From contig NIVC01001187.1 in NCBI GenBank assembly GCA_002269645.1, positions 186,001-250,000 of the forward strand: a stretch of 64,000 nucleotides of DNA, in the 5' to 3' direction. Positions 45,349-56,357 of the stretch are shown one piece after another. How positions within the stretch are numbered: position 1 is the stretch's first letter; the number at the start of each line of letters is the position of its first letter. The stretch is from Macrostomum lignano. Its lineage: Eukaryota. A program made the translations under genes and the position numbers. The notes beneath the pieces are model-generated. The model searched no databases and was not told the origin of the DNA. It worked only from the letters and a program-made list of their open reading frames with translations.

Positions 45349-46311
45349 AAAGTCACAGAGCAGGGTGCTTCAGATGGCGCGCCGCAGAGCCTGAGAGCGG
45401 AGGAAGTCCGCCCCGTTGGCAGTGTCGGGCGCCCTGGCGTCGCGTACGTAGGAGGCAGTCCACGTATCGACGGGTTTGGGCCTGACCCCGCCTGAGCGGG
45501 CCCTGCAGAGTGAGCAACAGGGCTAGGACGTCCTGAACAGGTTGGGGGCAGTAGCCCTCGGCCCGGATCACGTACGTGGCCCGCCAGTTGAAGTCGCCGC
45601 CGGCGCAGGATGGTGGACGGGCGCTGCAGCTTGGCCCGATCGTACAGGGCCTCAGTCCCGACGCTCTCATCAGCTCGAAAGGTCGCACGGAGCAGCCCTG
45701 AATGCGCCGAGTCCAGCTGCCGCTCTAAGCGTAGCCGTCAGTGTCCACGTCTCGGCGTTGTAGAGCACACCGCCTGCCACAGCCGACGAGCCCTCTGGCG
45801 GTCGGGCAGCGCTTCGGACTGGACGTCGGCTCGGATCGAACGGAAGGCCGCCCAGGCAAGTCCTCGGCGCCGCCGGATCGAGGTCCGTCCACGTGAGGCA
45901 CCAGACCGCCGAGTAGGTGATCCCGCTGGTAGCGTGCGCGCGAGCGTGGTCATCTGCCCGTCTGCGAGGCGACATGTCAGGTCCGCTAGCGCTGGGATGT
46001 CGGCCGGCACAGTCAGCACCTAGGTCTTTAGCGTGTTGACAACCAGTCCGACGCTCAATGCCACCTTGACCAACCTGTCGATCTGGCGGGATGCCACCTT
46101 GAACGGACGAGGACAGGAGGGCGAGTTCGTCGGCGTAGCCAAGCAAATAATAATAAGGCGCTTTTCACCGTGGCGGCGACCGATGCGTCTGCGCAGCGCA
46201 GGAAGCCGTCGTTAGCCGAGGAGACTGCGGTCCGAAGCACCCAGTGGCAGCAGCACGAAGAGAAACGGCGCCAAAGTGTCGCCATGCAGAACTCCTGATG
46301 AAGTGTCGAAC
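45349..46311 (-). mobile_element. 5'-truncated copy of the same RTE family, inverted relative to 41150..44116
   Basis: LGYADELALL motif; 3' end CTCTGCGGCGCGCCATCTGA..GTGACTTT shared with copy 1. Confidence 0.88.
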
Positions 46312-46329
46312 TGATGATGATTTACATGT

Positions 46330-47160
46330 ATGTAATCGCCCTACTAGTGAACCGTCTTCTCATGGGGGAAGGATCAGATCGTATGACTATGGATGGCTGC
46401 CAGCCGTCTATGACCAGACTATGACCGACAGATCGCCCTTCAGGTTGTCCCGCCCATGCATATTGATAACTTTTTGGTAGTGCTATATTAGAGACGCGGT
46501 AAGGACCCAAATGTGCCCCATCGATAGCTAAGGTGCAAATATTGATCATTGGGTTATTGCATGACCCACTGGCTGCCACCACTCTGTGACCTGGCGAACC
46601 TGGATCTACGGTATGACCAGACCTGGCGAGGCCGGAGCCCCCGCCTGGGATGGGTATCAAAGGGTTGGAGCTAGCGGTGAGCAGCATGCAGCCGAATAGC
46701 TGATAGGAATCTGCTTGGGCACAAATCGAGAACTCCGGGATCATACAGACGGATTTTTATCAGGGGATCTTTTAAGGCTGTGATGACATACAGTTCAGAT
46801 TGCAAAAAGTACATGTAGTGTATAGAGAACACGTAGAACAGCTATACGTGTACATCTAGTTTGGATTGATCAATGGGTTCGGGCCTGGCTCCTCATATGA
46901 AAGGTTTTTTTCTCCACGGAGCACCAGACCGCTGATGTGATGAACCTCTGCTGGCAGCGTGCGTCTGCGTCGTGGCATGTCAGGTCCGCTGATACGTCAG
47001 CAGACACAGTCAGCATCTCGGTCTTCAATATGCTGTCAACGCTTGAACCCACCTCTTTCTGTGCTTTCAACAGACGAGAAAAAGAGGCTGAGGTCGCCAG
47101 CGTTGCCAAACAAGCTCAGGTGTTTTTTGCCGCTGTGGCGAACGATGCGTCTCCACAACA
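46330..47160 (-). mobile_element. Older LINE fragments (APE N-terminus-like piece and RT YADD-region piece)
   Basis: 46870-47160 aligns with the LSLLGYADDLALL / LKTEVLTVPAD region of the RTE; 46330-46740 weakly resembles an APE start. Confidence 0.5.
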
Positions 47161-47183
47161 GATAAAAAAGCAGGAAGAAATCT

Positions 47184-48718
47184 CTCCATTTCAGCATTCG
47201 AGGTGTGCCACGAAGCTCACAGATGTTCAATTGAAAAGATATTTTTGGTGTAAAGTCTACTCAGATGTTATATTGCAAAAATGCTTTTAGTTTAATTTTA
47301 AAAAGATTTTCCTTGCTGTAGTATGCATTTGATTTTTTTGTACAGTCACCATCTCGGTCGTAGATTCTAAAGAAAATTCACTCCATTTCAGCATTCGAGG
47401 TGTGCCACGAAGCTCACAGATGTTCAATTGAAAAGATATTTTTGGTGTAAAGTCTACTCAGATGTTATATTGCAAAAATGCTATTAGTTTAATTTTAAAA
47501 AGATTTTCCTTGCTGTAGTATGCATTTGATTTTTTTGTACAGTCACCATCTACGTCGTAAATTCTAAAGAAAATTCACTCCATTTCAGCATTCGAGGTGT
47601 GCCACGAAGCTCACAGATGTTCAATTGAAAAGATATTTTTTGTGTAAGGTCTACTCAGATGTTATATTGCAAAAATGCTTTTAGTTTAATTTTAAAAAGA
47701 TTTTCCTTGCTGTAGTATGCATTTGATTTTTTTGTACAGTCACCATCTACGTCGTAAATTCTAAAGAAAATTCACTCCATTTCAGCATTCGAGGTGTGCC
47801 ACGAAGCTCACAGATGTTCAATTGAAAAGATATTTTTGGTGTAAAGTCTACTCAGATGTTATATTGCAAAAATGCTATTAGTTTAATTTTAAAAAGATTT
47901 TCCTTGCTGTAGTATGCATTTGATTTTTTTGTACAGTCACCATCTACGTCGTAAATTCTAAAGAAAATTCACTCCATTTCAGCATTCGAGGTGTGCCACG
48001 AAGCTCACAGATGTTCAATTGAAAAGATATTTTTGGTGTAAAGTCTACTCAGATGTTATATTGCAAAAATGCTTTTAGTTTAATTTTAAAAAGATTTTCC
48101 TTGCTGTAGTATGCATTTGATTTTTTTGTACAGTCACCATCTACGTCGTAAATTCTAAAGAAAATTCACTCCATTTCAGCATTCGAGGTGTGCCACGAAG
48201 CTCACAGATGTTCAATTGAAAAGATATTTTTTGTGTAAAGTCTACTCAGATGTTATATTGCAAAAATGCTTTTAGTTTAATTTTAAAAAGATTTTCCTTG
48301 CTGTAGTATGCATTTGATTTTTTTGTACAGTCACCATCTACGTCGTAAATTCTAAAGAAAATTCACTCCATTTCAGCATTCGAGGTGTGCCACGAAGCTC
48401 ACAGATGTTCAATTGAAAAGATATTTTTTGTGTAAGGTCTACTCAGATGTTATATTGCAAAAATGCTTTTAGTTTAATTTTAAAAAGATTTTCCTTGCTG
48501 TAGTATGCATTTGATTTTTTTGTACAGTCACCATCTACGTCGTAAATTCTAAAGAAAATTCACTCCATTTCAGCATTCGAGGTGTGCCACGAAGCTCACA
48601 GATGTTCAATTGAAAAGATATTTTTTGTGTAAGGTCTACTCAGATGTTATATTGCAAAAATGCTATTAGTTTAATTTTAAAAAGATTTTCCTTACTGTAG
48701 TATGCATTTGATTTTTTG
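47184..48718. repeat. AT-rich satellite, 197-bp monomer, about 7.8 highly similar copies
   Basis: CTCCATTTCAGC recurs at 47184, 47381, 47578, 47775, 47972, 48169, 48366 and 48563. Confidence 0.97.
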
Positions 48719-48888
48719 TTTATTTATTTTCGTGGAACTGAACGTGGAACTGAAAATCCGGTCATGTATCTGCTTACTTACTTGTTTGAATAATAAAATT
48801 AGGCTGCAATCGGTTTAAGACATCGTTAAAGTGCAAAAATTTTGTAATAAATTTTATAGATTCGCTGTTCATCTCGAATAACATCAGA

Positions 48889-51800
48889 ATGGACAAAAAT
48901 GAGTCTGGTGACTCCTATGAAGAAAAGCCAGGTTCAGAAAAGTTGGAGAAGAAAGTAATTGGTAAGCAGCGCATATTATCTTAGAGTTTTATATGATACT
49001 TATTGATACTTTGTGTGTACATCATACTAGAATTAAAAAAATGAATCTGTATTTTTGTTTATTATTTAAATAGGTTTTCAGAGTCTGAAAAAATCATAGG
49101 AAGAGTCAAGAAAATATTATCTCAATTTGTCTGAATCCTTTGGTTTATTAATGCCATTGCATTAATGACCATAATAAATTGAAGCCCAATTGCAATGCAT
49201 AAAGATTTTGATAGAATGTCTACTACAGAATCCCTAGTGCGATCAGAATAGTGGTAATACACCATAGTTTGAATTGTTATTAGTGTACACTGGGTCAAAT
49301 GGGGTAAAAAGTATAGGATGTAGGCCATAGTCCGGATCATGCTGGACTTACACCGGAGGAAAAATCCAACATTTTTTGGCACTTATGCCAGACTTACACC
49401 AACCAAAAAAGGTCCCTCTGACTTATGCCACCCAAAAAAGGTCCCTCACAATTCTTGTGAATAGAATAGAATAGATTATTTACAATGAATCGGTGATTAA
49501 TTAAATTCAGAAGTTGCAACTGTTTAAAAATCTCACAAGTTGCAAATTCTGAATCAAGAATCAAAGTAAGCATCTTGAAGCTAAAAAAACTTTTGCTATC
49601 CTACAATAGATATTCTGCTATCTCATTTATATGAAGTGCAATATTTTAATGAACTTTGTTTTAATGCTGCTCTTTAACATCATAATTAATGCAAATGTGT
49701 AATGTTCTATAGTGATACATTTGATCGTGAATGATCTCATTTGTGCCAACATTTATGCCACTTGATTTATGCCATGTACTTACGCCAAGCACTTACGCCA
49801 AAGCACATTTTGGCCTATACTTACGCCAAGCACTTATGCCAGCCTCTGATCCCAAACCAGATTTACGCCGGAGATCTCTGGCATAAACGACATGATCCAG
49901 ACTATGGGATGTAGGACCACATTTGTATGCTAGGACTATAAAAATGTTTTCAACTATGTATGCCAAAGTTTTACACTTTTATTTTTGAATTTATTATGCA
50001 AAATAGGCCTATAAAGTAAAAAATCATGCACTTTTGCAATGTACACAGAGAAAGGACAAATGTAAAAGAAGTAAGGCCTACTGTAAATATTTTTTATTTG
50101 CTAAAATAGAGAAAAAGAAGTTTTTAAGGCATAAAGTTTAAAATGTTTTTTTATTAGGCCTATTCCTTGTTCCATTTTGAAATATTGATAGTGTTGTATA
50201 TAGTATATTTTATGTAGTCACTTTATTTGATCCTAACCCATATTGCGGAAGGTTTTCTGTGTATGCCGGACACATTTTTATTGAATTTTCAATTGTACGC
50301 CAACATATTTTAAATGTACACCAACTTAAAAAATGGTAAAAAATCATCAAATATTTAAATTTCAAATTTAACTACAAAAAAATTGATAACCATATGACGA
50401 TTGTCGTGACAATTCCAGTAATTAAAATGATTGGTAAATGAGAAAATAGTAGCAAAAAAATGTTTTTGAAATAACTTAACATAGAAAAAGCACAAAAAAT
50501 TCTTTATATTAATTTCTATGCCAGTTGCCATATACCACACTGTACGCCACACTGTACACAGCCAAGAAATGTATGCTGATGTACACCACGGAAATCAAGT
50601 GCATGCCGGAATTTTCTGGCGTACACCCCACCATCCACAAAATGGATCCTAACATGTATGTAATTATGCCACAGAAATAAGCCAGAAATTTTCTACTGTG
50701 TTTATGTACACTAGGATATATGCTGATGTATGCTAAAAAATGGCAAATACTTTATTGTATGCTAGGAAATCCCAGTATATATGTTGCCTTCCAAACTATG
50801 AGTAGTGCAGTGTGGTATGGTATATTATGGCATGGCATGGTATGACTTATATCAGCAGTTCTCAACCTTTTTAGGCAACCTTAATTTATTTACATAAATT
50901 TAATGTTCGCGACCCCTTTTATAATCAATATAATGTATTATTAAGTATGATATACTCACACATTTCTTAGTGCTGCGACCCCTAGAAATATTTTATATTT
51001 CAGTATGTTGTGCTATGACTTAAAAAAGTAAGGTTTAATTATGCTTCCACTTGCTCAATAACTGCTTCCATTTGCTCAATAACTGCTTCCATTTGCTCAA
51101 GGCTGCTTCCATTCGCTCAAAGCTGCTTCCATTTGCTCAAAGCTGCTTCCATTCGCTCAAAGCTGCTTCCATTTGCTCAAAGCTGCTTCCATTTGCTCAA
51201 AGCTGCTTCCATTCGCTCAAAGCTGCTTCCATTCGCTCAAGGCTGCTTCCATTTGCTCAAAGCTGCTTCCATTTGCTCAAAGCTGCTTCCATTCGCTCAA
51301 AGCTGCTTCCACTTGCTCAAAGCTGCTTCCATTCGCTCAAAGCTGCTTCCATTCGCTCAAAGCTGCTTCCACTTGCTCAAAGCTGCTTCCACTTGCTCAA
51401 AGCTGCTTCCACTTGCTCAAAGCTTCACAATTTGTGAAATTCAGAGCTTTTGAAATGTGTCTGTCTCAGTTCCAATAGACTACTCATAGTACTATATCAA
51501 AATCTCTAGTGTCTGCCGCTGCCCCCTCCCCCCCCCTAGCAACAAGCGTGTCCGGCACAGTCAAGTGGTTCAACGTGAAGAATGGCTACGGCTTCATCAA
51601 CAGGGACGACACCAAGCAGGACGTGTTTGTGCACCAGTCCGCCATTGCCAAGAACAACCCGGCTAAGTGGAAGCGCAGCGTCGGCGAAAACGAACGAGTC
51701 GAATTCGACGTTGTACAAGGGCCCAAAGGCGAGGAAGCCACCAATGTGACCGGGCCGGACGGGGCCGCCGTCCAGGGCAGCGAGTACGCGTCCGAGAGGC

Positions 51801-53882
51801 GCGGCGGACGGCGGTTCAGAGGCGGCCGCAGCCGTAGACGGCCCTACGGCGGTCGGGGCGGAGACGGACCGCCGGTTAGAGCTCTTTGGTGCCTGCCCAG
51901 TTCCCCAATTCCAGTTCTCCAACCCCAGTTCCCCAACCCCGGTTCCCCAATTCCAGTTCTCCAACCCCAGTTCCCCAACCCCGGTTCCCCAATTCCAGTT
52001 CCCCAACCCCAGTTCCCCAACCCCAGTTCCCCAACCCCGGTTCCCCAATTCCAGTTCTCCAACCCCAGTTCCCCAACCCCGGTTCCCCAATTCCAGTTCT
52101 CCAACCCCAGTTCCCCAACCCCGGTTCCCCAATTCCAGTTCTCCAACCCCAGTTCCCCAACCCCGGTTCCCCAATTCCAGTTCCCCAACCCCAGTTCCCC
52201 AACCCCAGTTCCCCAACCCCAGTTCCCCAACCCCGGTTCCCCAATTCCAGTTCCCCAACCCCAGTTCCCCTACCCCAGTTCCCCAACCCCGGTTCCCCAA
52301 CCCCGGTTCCCCAATTCCAGTTCCCCAACCCCAGTTCCCCTACCCCAGTTCCCCAACCCCAGTTCCCCAACCCCGGTTCACCAATTTCAGTTCTCCAACC
52401 CCAGTTCCCCAACCCCGGTTCACCAATTTCAGTTCTCCAACCCCAGTTCCCCAACCCCGGTTCACCAATTTCAGTTCTCCAACCCCAGTTCCCCAACCCC
52501 GGTTCCCCAATTCCAGTTCCCCAACCCCAGTTCCCCAACCCCAGTTCCCCAACCCCGGTTCCCCAATTCCAGTTCCCCAACCCCAGTTCCCCAACCCCAG
52601 TTCCCCAACCCCGGTTCCCCAATTCCAGTTCCCCAACCCCAGTTCCCCTACCCCAGTTCCCCAACCCCAGTTCCCCAATTCCAGTTCTCCAACCCCAGTT
52701 CCCCAACCCCGGTTCCCCAATTCCAGTTCTCCAACCCCAGTTCCCCAACCCCGGTTCCCCAATTCCAGTTCCCCAACCCCAGTTCCCCAACCCCAGTTCC
52801 CCAACCCCAGTTCCCCAACCCCAGTTCCCTAACCCCGGTTCCCCAACCCCCCATCCCTAACCCCAGTTCCCCAACCCCCCATACCTAACCCCAGTTCCCC
52901 AACCCCCCATCCCTAACCCCAGTTCCCCAACCCCAGTTCCCCAATTCCAGTTCCCCAACCCCAGTTCCCCAACCCCAGTTCCCCAACCCCCCATCCCTAA
53001 CCCCAGTTCCCCAACCCCAGTTCCCCAACCCCAGTTCCCCAACCCCAGTTCCCCAACCCCAGTCCCCTAACCCCGGTTCCCCAACCCCCCCATCCGTAAC
53101 CCCAGTTCCCCAACCCCCATCCCTAACCCCAGTTCCCCAACCCCCATCCCTAACCCCAGTTCCCTAACCCCGGTTCCCTAACCCAGTTCCCAAACCCCAG
53201 TTACCCGAATCCCCTAACCTTGCCGCTCCCTCAAACTCTTCCAGATCCCCAGTCAGCCGCCCCACTCTCCCATTTCAGATGAAGCAGGGCCTGCCAGATG
53301 CGCCGCCCCCGCCTCCCAGTAGAGGCGGCGTGGCGCCCCGCCGCCGGCCCTACACGATGGGGCCGCCTGCTGCTGCTGGCGGCGGCCGCGGTGGTGGCGG
53401 GCCCCCCTTCCAGCCGAGGCCTCCGCCAGAGGAATTCAGCGATCGTGGCGGCTATAGCGGCGGTCGTGGTGGCTACGGCGGCGGCCGCGGTGGTGGCGGG
53501 CCCCCCTTCCAGCCGAGGCCTCCGCCAGAGGAATTCAGCGATCGTGGCGGCTACGGCGGCGGCCGTGGTGGCTACGGCGGCGGCCGTGGCGGCTACGGCG
53601 GCGGCCGTGGAGGCTACCGCGGCTATAGCGGCCGCGGCGGCCAGTGGAGCAGAGGCGGCGGCTCACGGAGACGCGGTAGTGGTCGCTATCCACTGCGGGG
53701 TGGAGAGGTGAGAGTGAACCGCCCTCTGTTCCCTGAATAATCGCCCTCTGCTCCCCGAATAATCGCCCTCTGCTCCCTGAATAATCGCCCTCTGCTCCCC
53801 GAATATTCGCCCTCTGCTCCCTAAGCAGCAGCCGTTTATTCCCAACCCGCAGGGAGCAGCGCAGGGAGAGTCGGAGGCGTGA
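48889..53882 (+). CDS. YBX1: Y-box (cold-shock domain) protein, join(48889..48961, 51540..51874, 53279..53707, 53853..53882), 288 aa
   Basis: EKKVI|[61 protein letters not shown]-rich tail, terminal GAAQGESEA*; junctions are GT-AG and in frame. Symbol indicates family, not strict orthology. Confidence 0.9.
49325..49907. mobile_element. 583-bp non-autonomous DNA transposon in YBX intron 1
   Basis: TIR CCATAGTC(C/T)GGATCATG; exact 8-bp TSD GATGTAGG at 49317-49324 and 49908-49915; subterminal ACTTA(T/C)GCCA repeats. Confidence 0.8.
51050..51425. repeat. Minisatellite, 20-bp unit GCTGCTTCCATTTGCTCAAA
   Basis: About 18 units in YBX intron 1. Confidence 0.93.
51890..53215. repeat. C-rich minisatellite, 14-bp unit CCCCAACCCCAGTT with 42-bp higher order
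   Basis: Fills YBX intron 2, starting about 15 nt after the donor. Confidence 0.93.
53735..53825. repeat. Four copies of a 22-bp unit GAATAATCGCCCTCTGCTCCCC/T
   Basis: In the 145-bp YBX intron 3. Confidence 0.85.
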
Positions 53883-54364
53883 CCAGCTTAACTGGCTGCC
53901 CGCAGCTGAGCTGTCCGTGATGCACCGGACTGCGGCATTGCATGCGAACTCGTTCATACTCGACACTGGGACCCGTCCTTCACCCAGAGCTCCCCGGCCC
54001 GCTTGCCCAGGCTTCCCCCCACTCAGTTTTTCTATAGCTATTTGTATTGATGGTTAAATTGTTGCTATAACGAATTCATAAATATATTTGCAATCATATG
54101 CCGCTGGGTTAGTAGAGAGCCGACAGCTGCTCTGCAGACTGACTGCTTCACGGGCTGGCAGCTGTGATTTCAGTGTTGGACAGTTGCTCAGAGCGGCGGC
54201 TTGGAACAAAAAGCATTTCGAGTAAGGCTTGTTTTCTGAGTGCCTTTTGATTTTTACCTGCGCTTGCTAAACTGAAATATTCATGCGTCAATTAATCTCC
54301 TCAGTCTCGCTGAGAAAACCTGCAGACTACTCAAAAGTTGGATTCGATCTTGATGAATTCCACA

Positions 54365-55765
54365 CACCAGGAGAATCGCCCTTTCATCCACCAGGAGAAT
54401 CGCCCTTCCATCCACAGGAGAATCGCCCTTCCATCCACCAGGAGAATCGCCCTTCCATTCACAGGAGAATCGCCTTCCATCCACAGGAGAATCGCCCTTC
54501 CATCCACCAGGAGAATCGCCCTTCCATCCACAGGAGAATCGCCCTTCCATCCACAGGAGAATCGCCCTTCCATCCACAGGAGAATCGCCCTTCCATCCAC
54601 AGGAGAATCGCCCTTCCATCCACAGGAGAATCGCCCTTCCATCCACAGGAGAATCGCCCTTCCATCCACAGGAGAATCGCCTTCCATCCACCAGGAGAAT
54701 CGCCCTTCCATCCACCAGGAGAATCGCCCTTCCATCCACAGGAGAATCGCCCTTCCATCCACCAGGAGAATCGCCCTTCCATCCACAGGAGAATCGCCCT
54801 TCCATCCAACAGGAGAATCGCCCTTCCATCCACAGGAGAATCGCCCTTCCATCCACAGGAGAATCGCCCTTCCATCCACCAGGAGAATCGCCCTTCCATC
54901 CACCAGGAGAATCGCCCTTCCATCCACAGGAGAATCGCCCTTCCATCCACCAGGAGAATCGCCCTTCCATCCACCAGGAGAATCGCCCTTCCATCCACAG
55001 GAGAATCGCTCTTCCATCCACAGGAGAATCGCCCTTCCATCCACAGGAGAATCGCCCTTCCATCCACAGGAGAATCGCCCTTCCATCCACCAGGAGAATC
55101 GCCCTTCCATCCACCAGGAGAATCGCCCTTCCATCCACAGGAGAATCGCCCTTCCATCCACAGGAGAATCGCCCTTCCATCCACAGGAGAATCGCCCTTC
55201 CATCCACAGGAGAATCGCCCTTCCATCCACAGGAGAATCGCCCTTCCATCCACAGGAGAATCGCCCTTCCATCCACAGGAGAATCGCCCTTCCATCCACA
55301 GGAGAATCGCCCTTCCATCCACAGGAGAATCGCCCTTCCATCCACCAGGAGAATCGCCCTTCCATCCACGGGAGAATCGCCTTCCATCCACCAGGAGATT
55401 TGCCCTTCCATCCACAGGAGAATCGCCCTTCCATCCACAGGAGAATCGCCCTTCCATCCACAGGAGAATCGCCCTTCCATTCACAGGAGAATCGCCTTCC
55501 ATCCACAGGAGAATCGCCCTTCCATCCACCAGGAGAATCGCCCTTCCATCCACGGGAGAATCGCCTTCCATCCACCAGGAGATTTGCCCTTCCATCCACA
55601 GGAGAATCGCCCTTCCATCCACAGGAGAATCGCCCTTCCATCCACAGGAGAATCGCCCTTCCATTCACAGGAGAATCGCCTTCCATCCACAGGAGAATCG
55701 CCCTTCAATCCACAGGAGAATCGCCCTTCCATCCACAGGAGAATCGCCCTTCCATCCACAGGAGA
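54365..55765. repeat. Minisatellite, 23/24-bp unit GGAGAATCGCCCTTCCATCCAC(C)A
   Basis: About 60 units; source of the 400-500 aa spurious ORFs. Confidence 0.95.
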
Positions 55766-56357
55766 ATGGTTCTTCATGCCTCATCACTTAGAGTACATGA
55801 CGAAGTACGGCTGTTCACCTGTAGATATCAAATCAGTCTGTAGATTAGAATCCCCTGTCTGCGCAAAACGGCCAATCCCGGGCAGAATCTGATTAAAAAT
55901 CGCAGAGCCTGACGGCAGCTCGAGAGGGGATGGGTGGCTTGAGCCCGGCTCAGTCTGCTTCATTCCCATCGAGTTTTTGCGCCGATATGCCTAAAAAATC
56001 GGGGGTCTGTGTTTTGCTGCCATGGAAACGGAAATGACGCGTGCCGATTGAGAGCTGGCGCGAGTATGCCGCCAGTTTCCGCGTGACCTGCTGCTCAAAT
56101 TGCAGTCGAATTTGAGTCCCCTGCATTCGCCTGGCCATCTCCGGCCTCCGCACTCCCACCTGCGAAGGGAGCGCGCGGGGAGGCGAGGCCGGCAGCTGAT
56201 TGCTAACTGGGGGAGATGAGGCACGATCGAATGGGATGCTGGAGGGGGTGGGGCTCCCCGATCTCTCAAATGCTGTAGCCAGCGGGGCAGAAGCGGACTG
56301 TGACACAGACTGCACTTCACCTCTCCGGCGGGTGGAACTACAGCTCAGCGCAGCCCC

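Noticed and set aside
54281-55843. Several overlapping 400-500 aa ORFs
   Set aside because: They are translations of a 23/24-bp array on both strands. The same applies to the ORFs at 4679-5755, 39790-40696, 51844-52888 (3' part) and 60130-61170.
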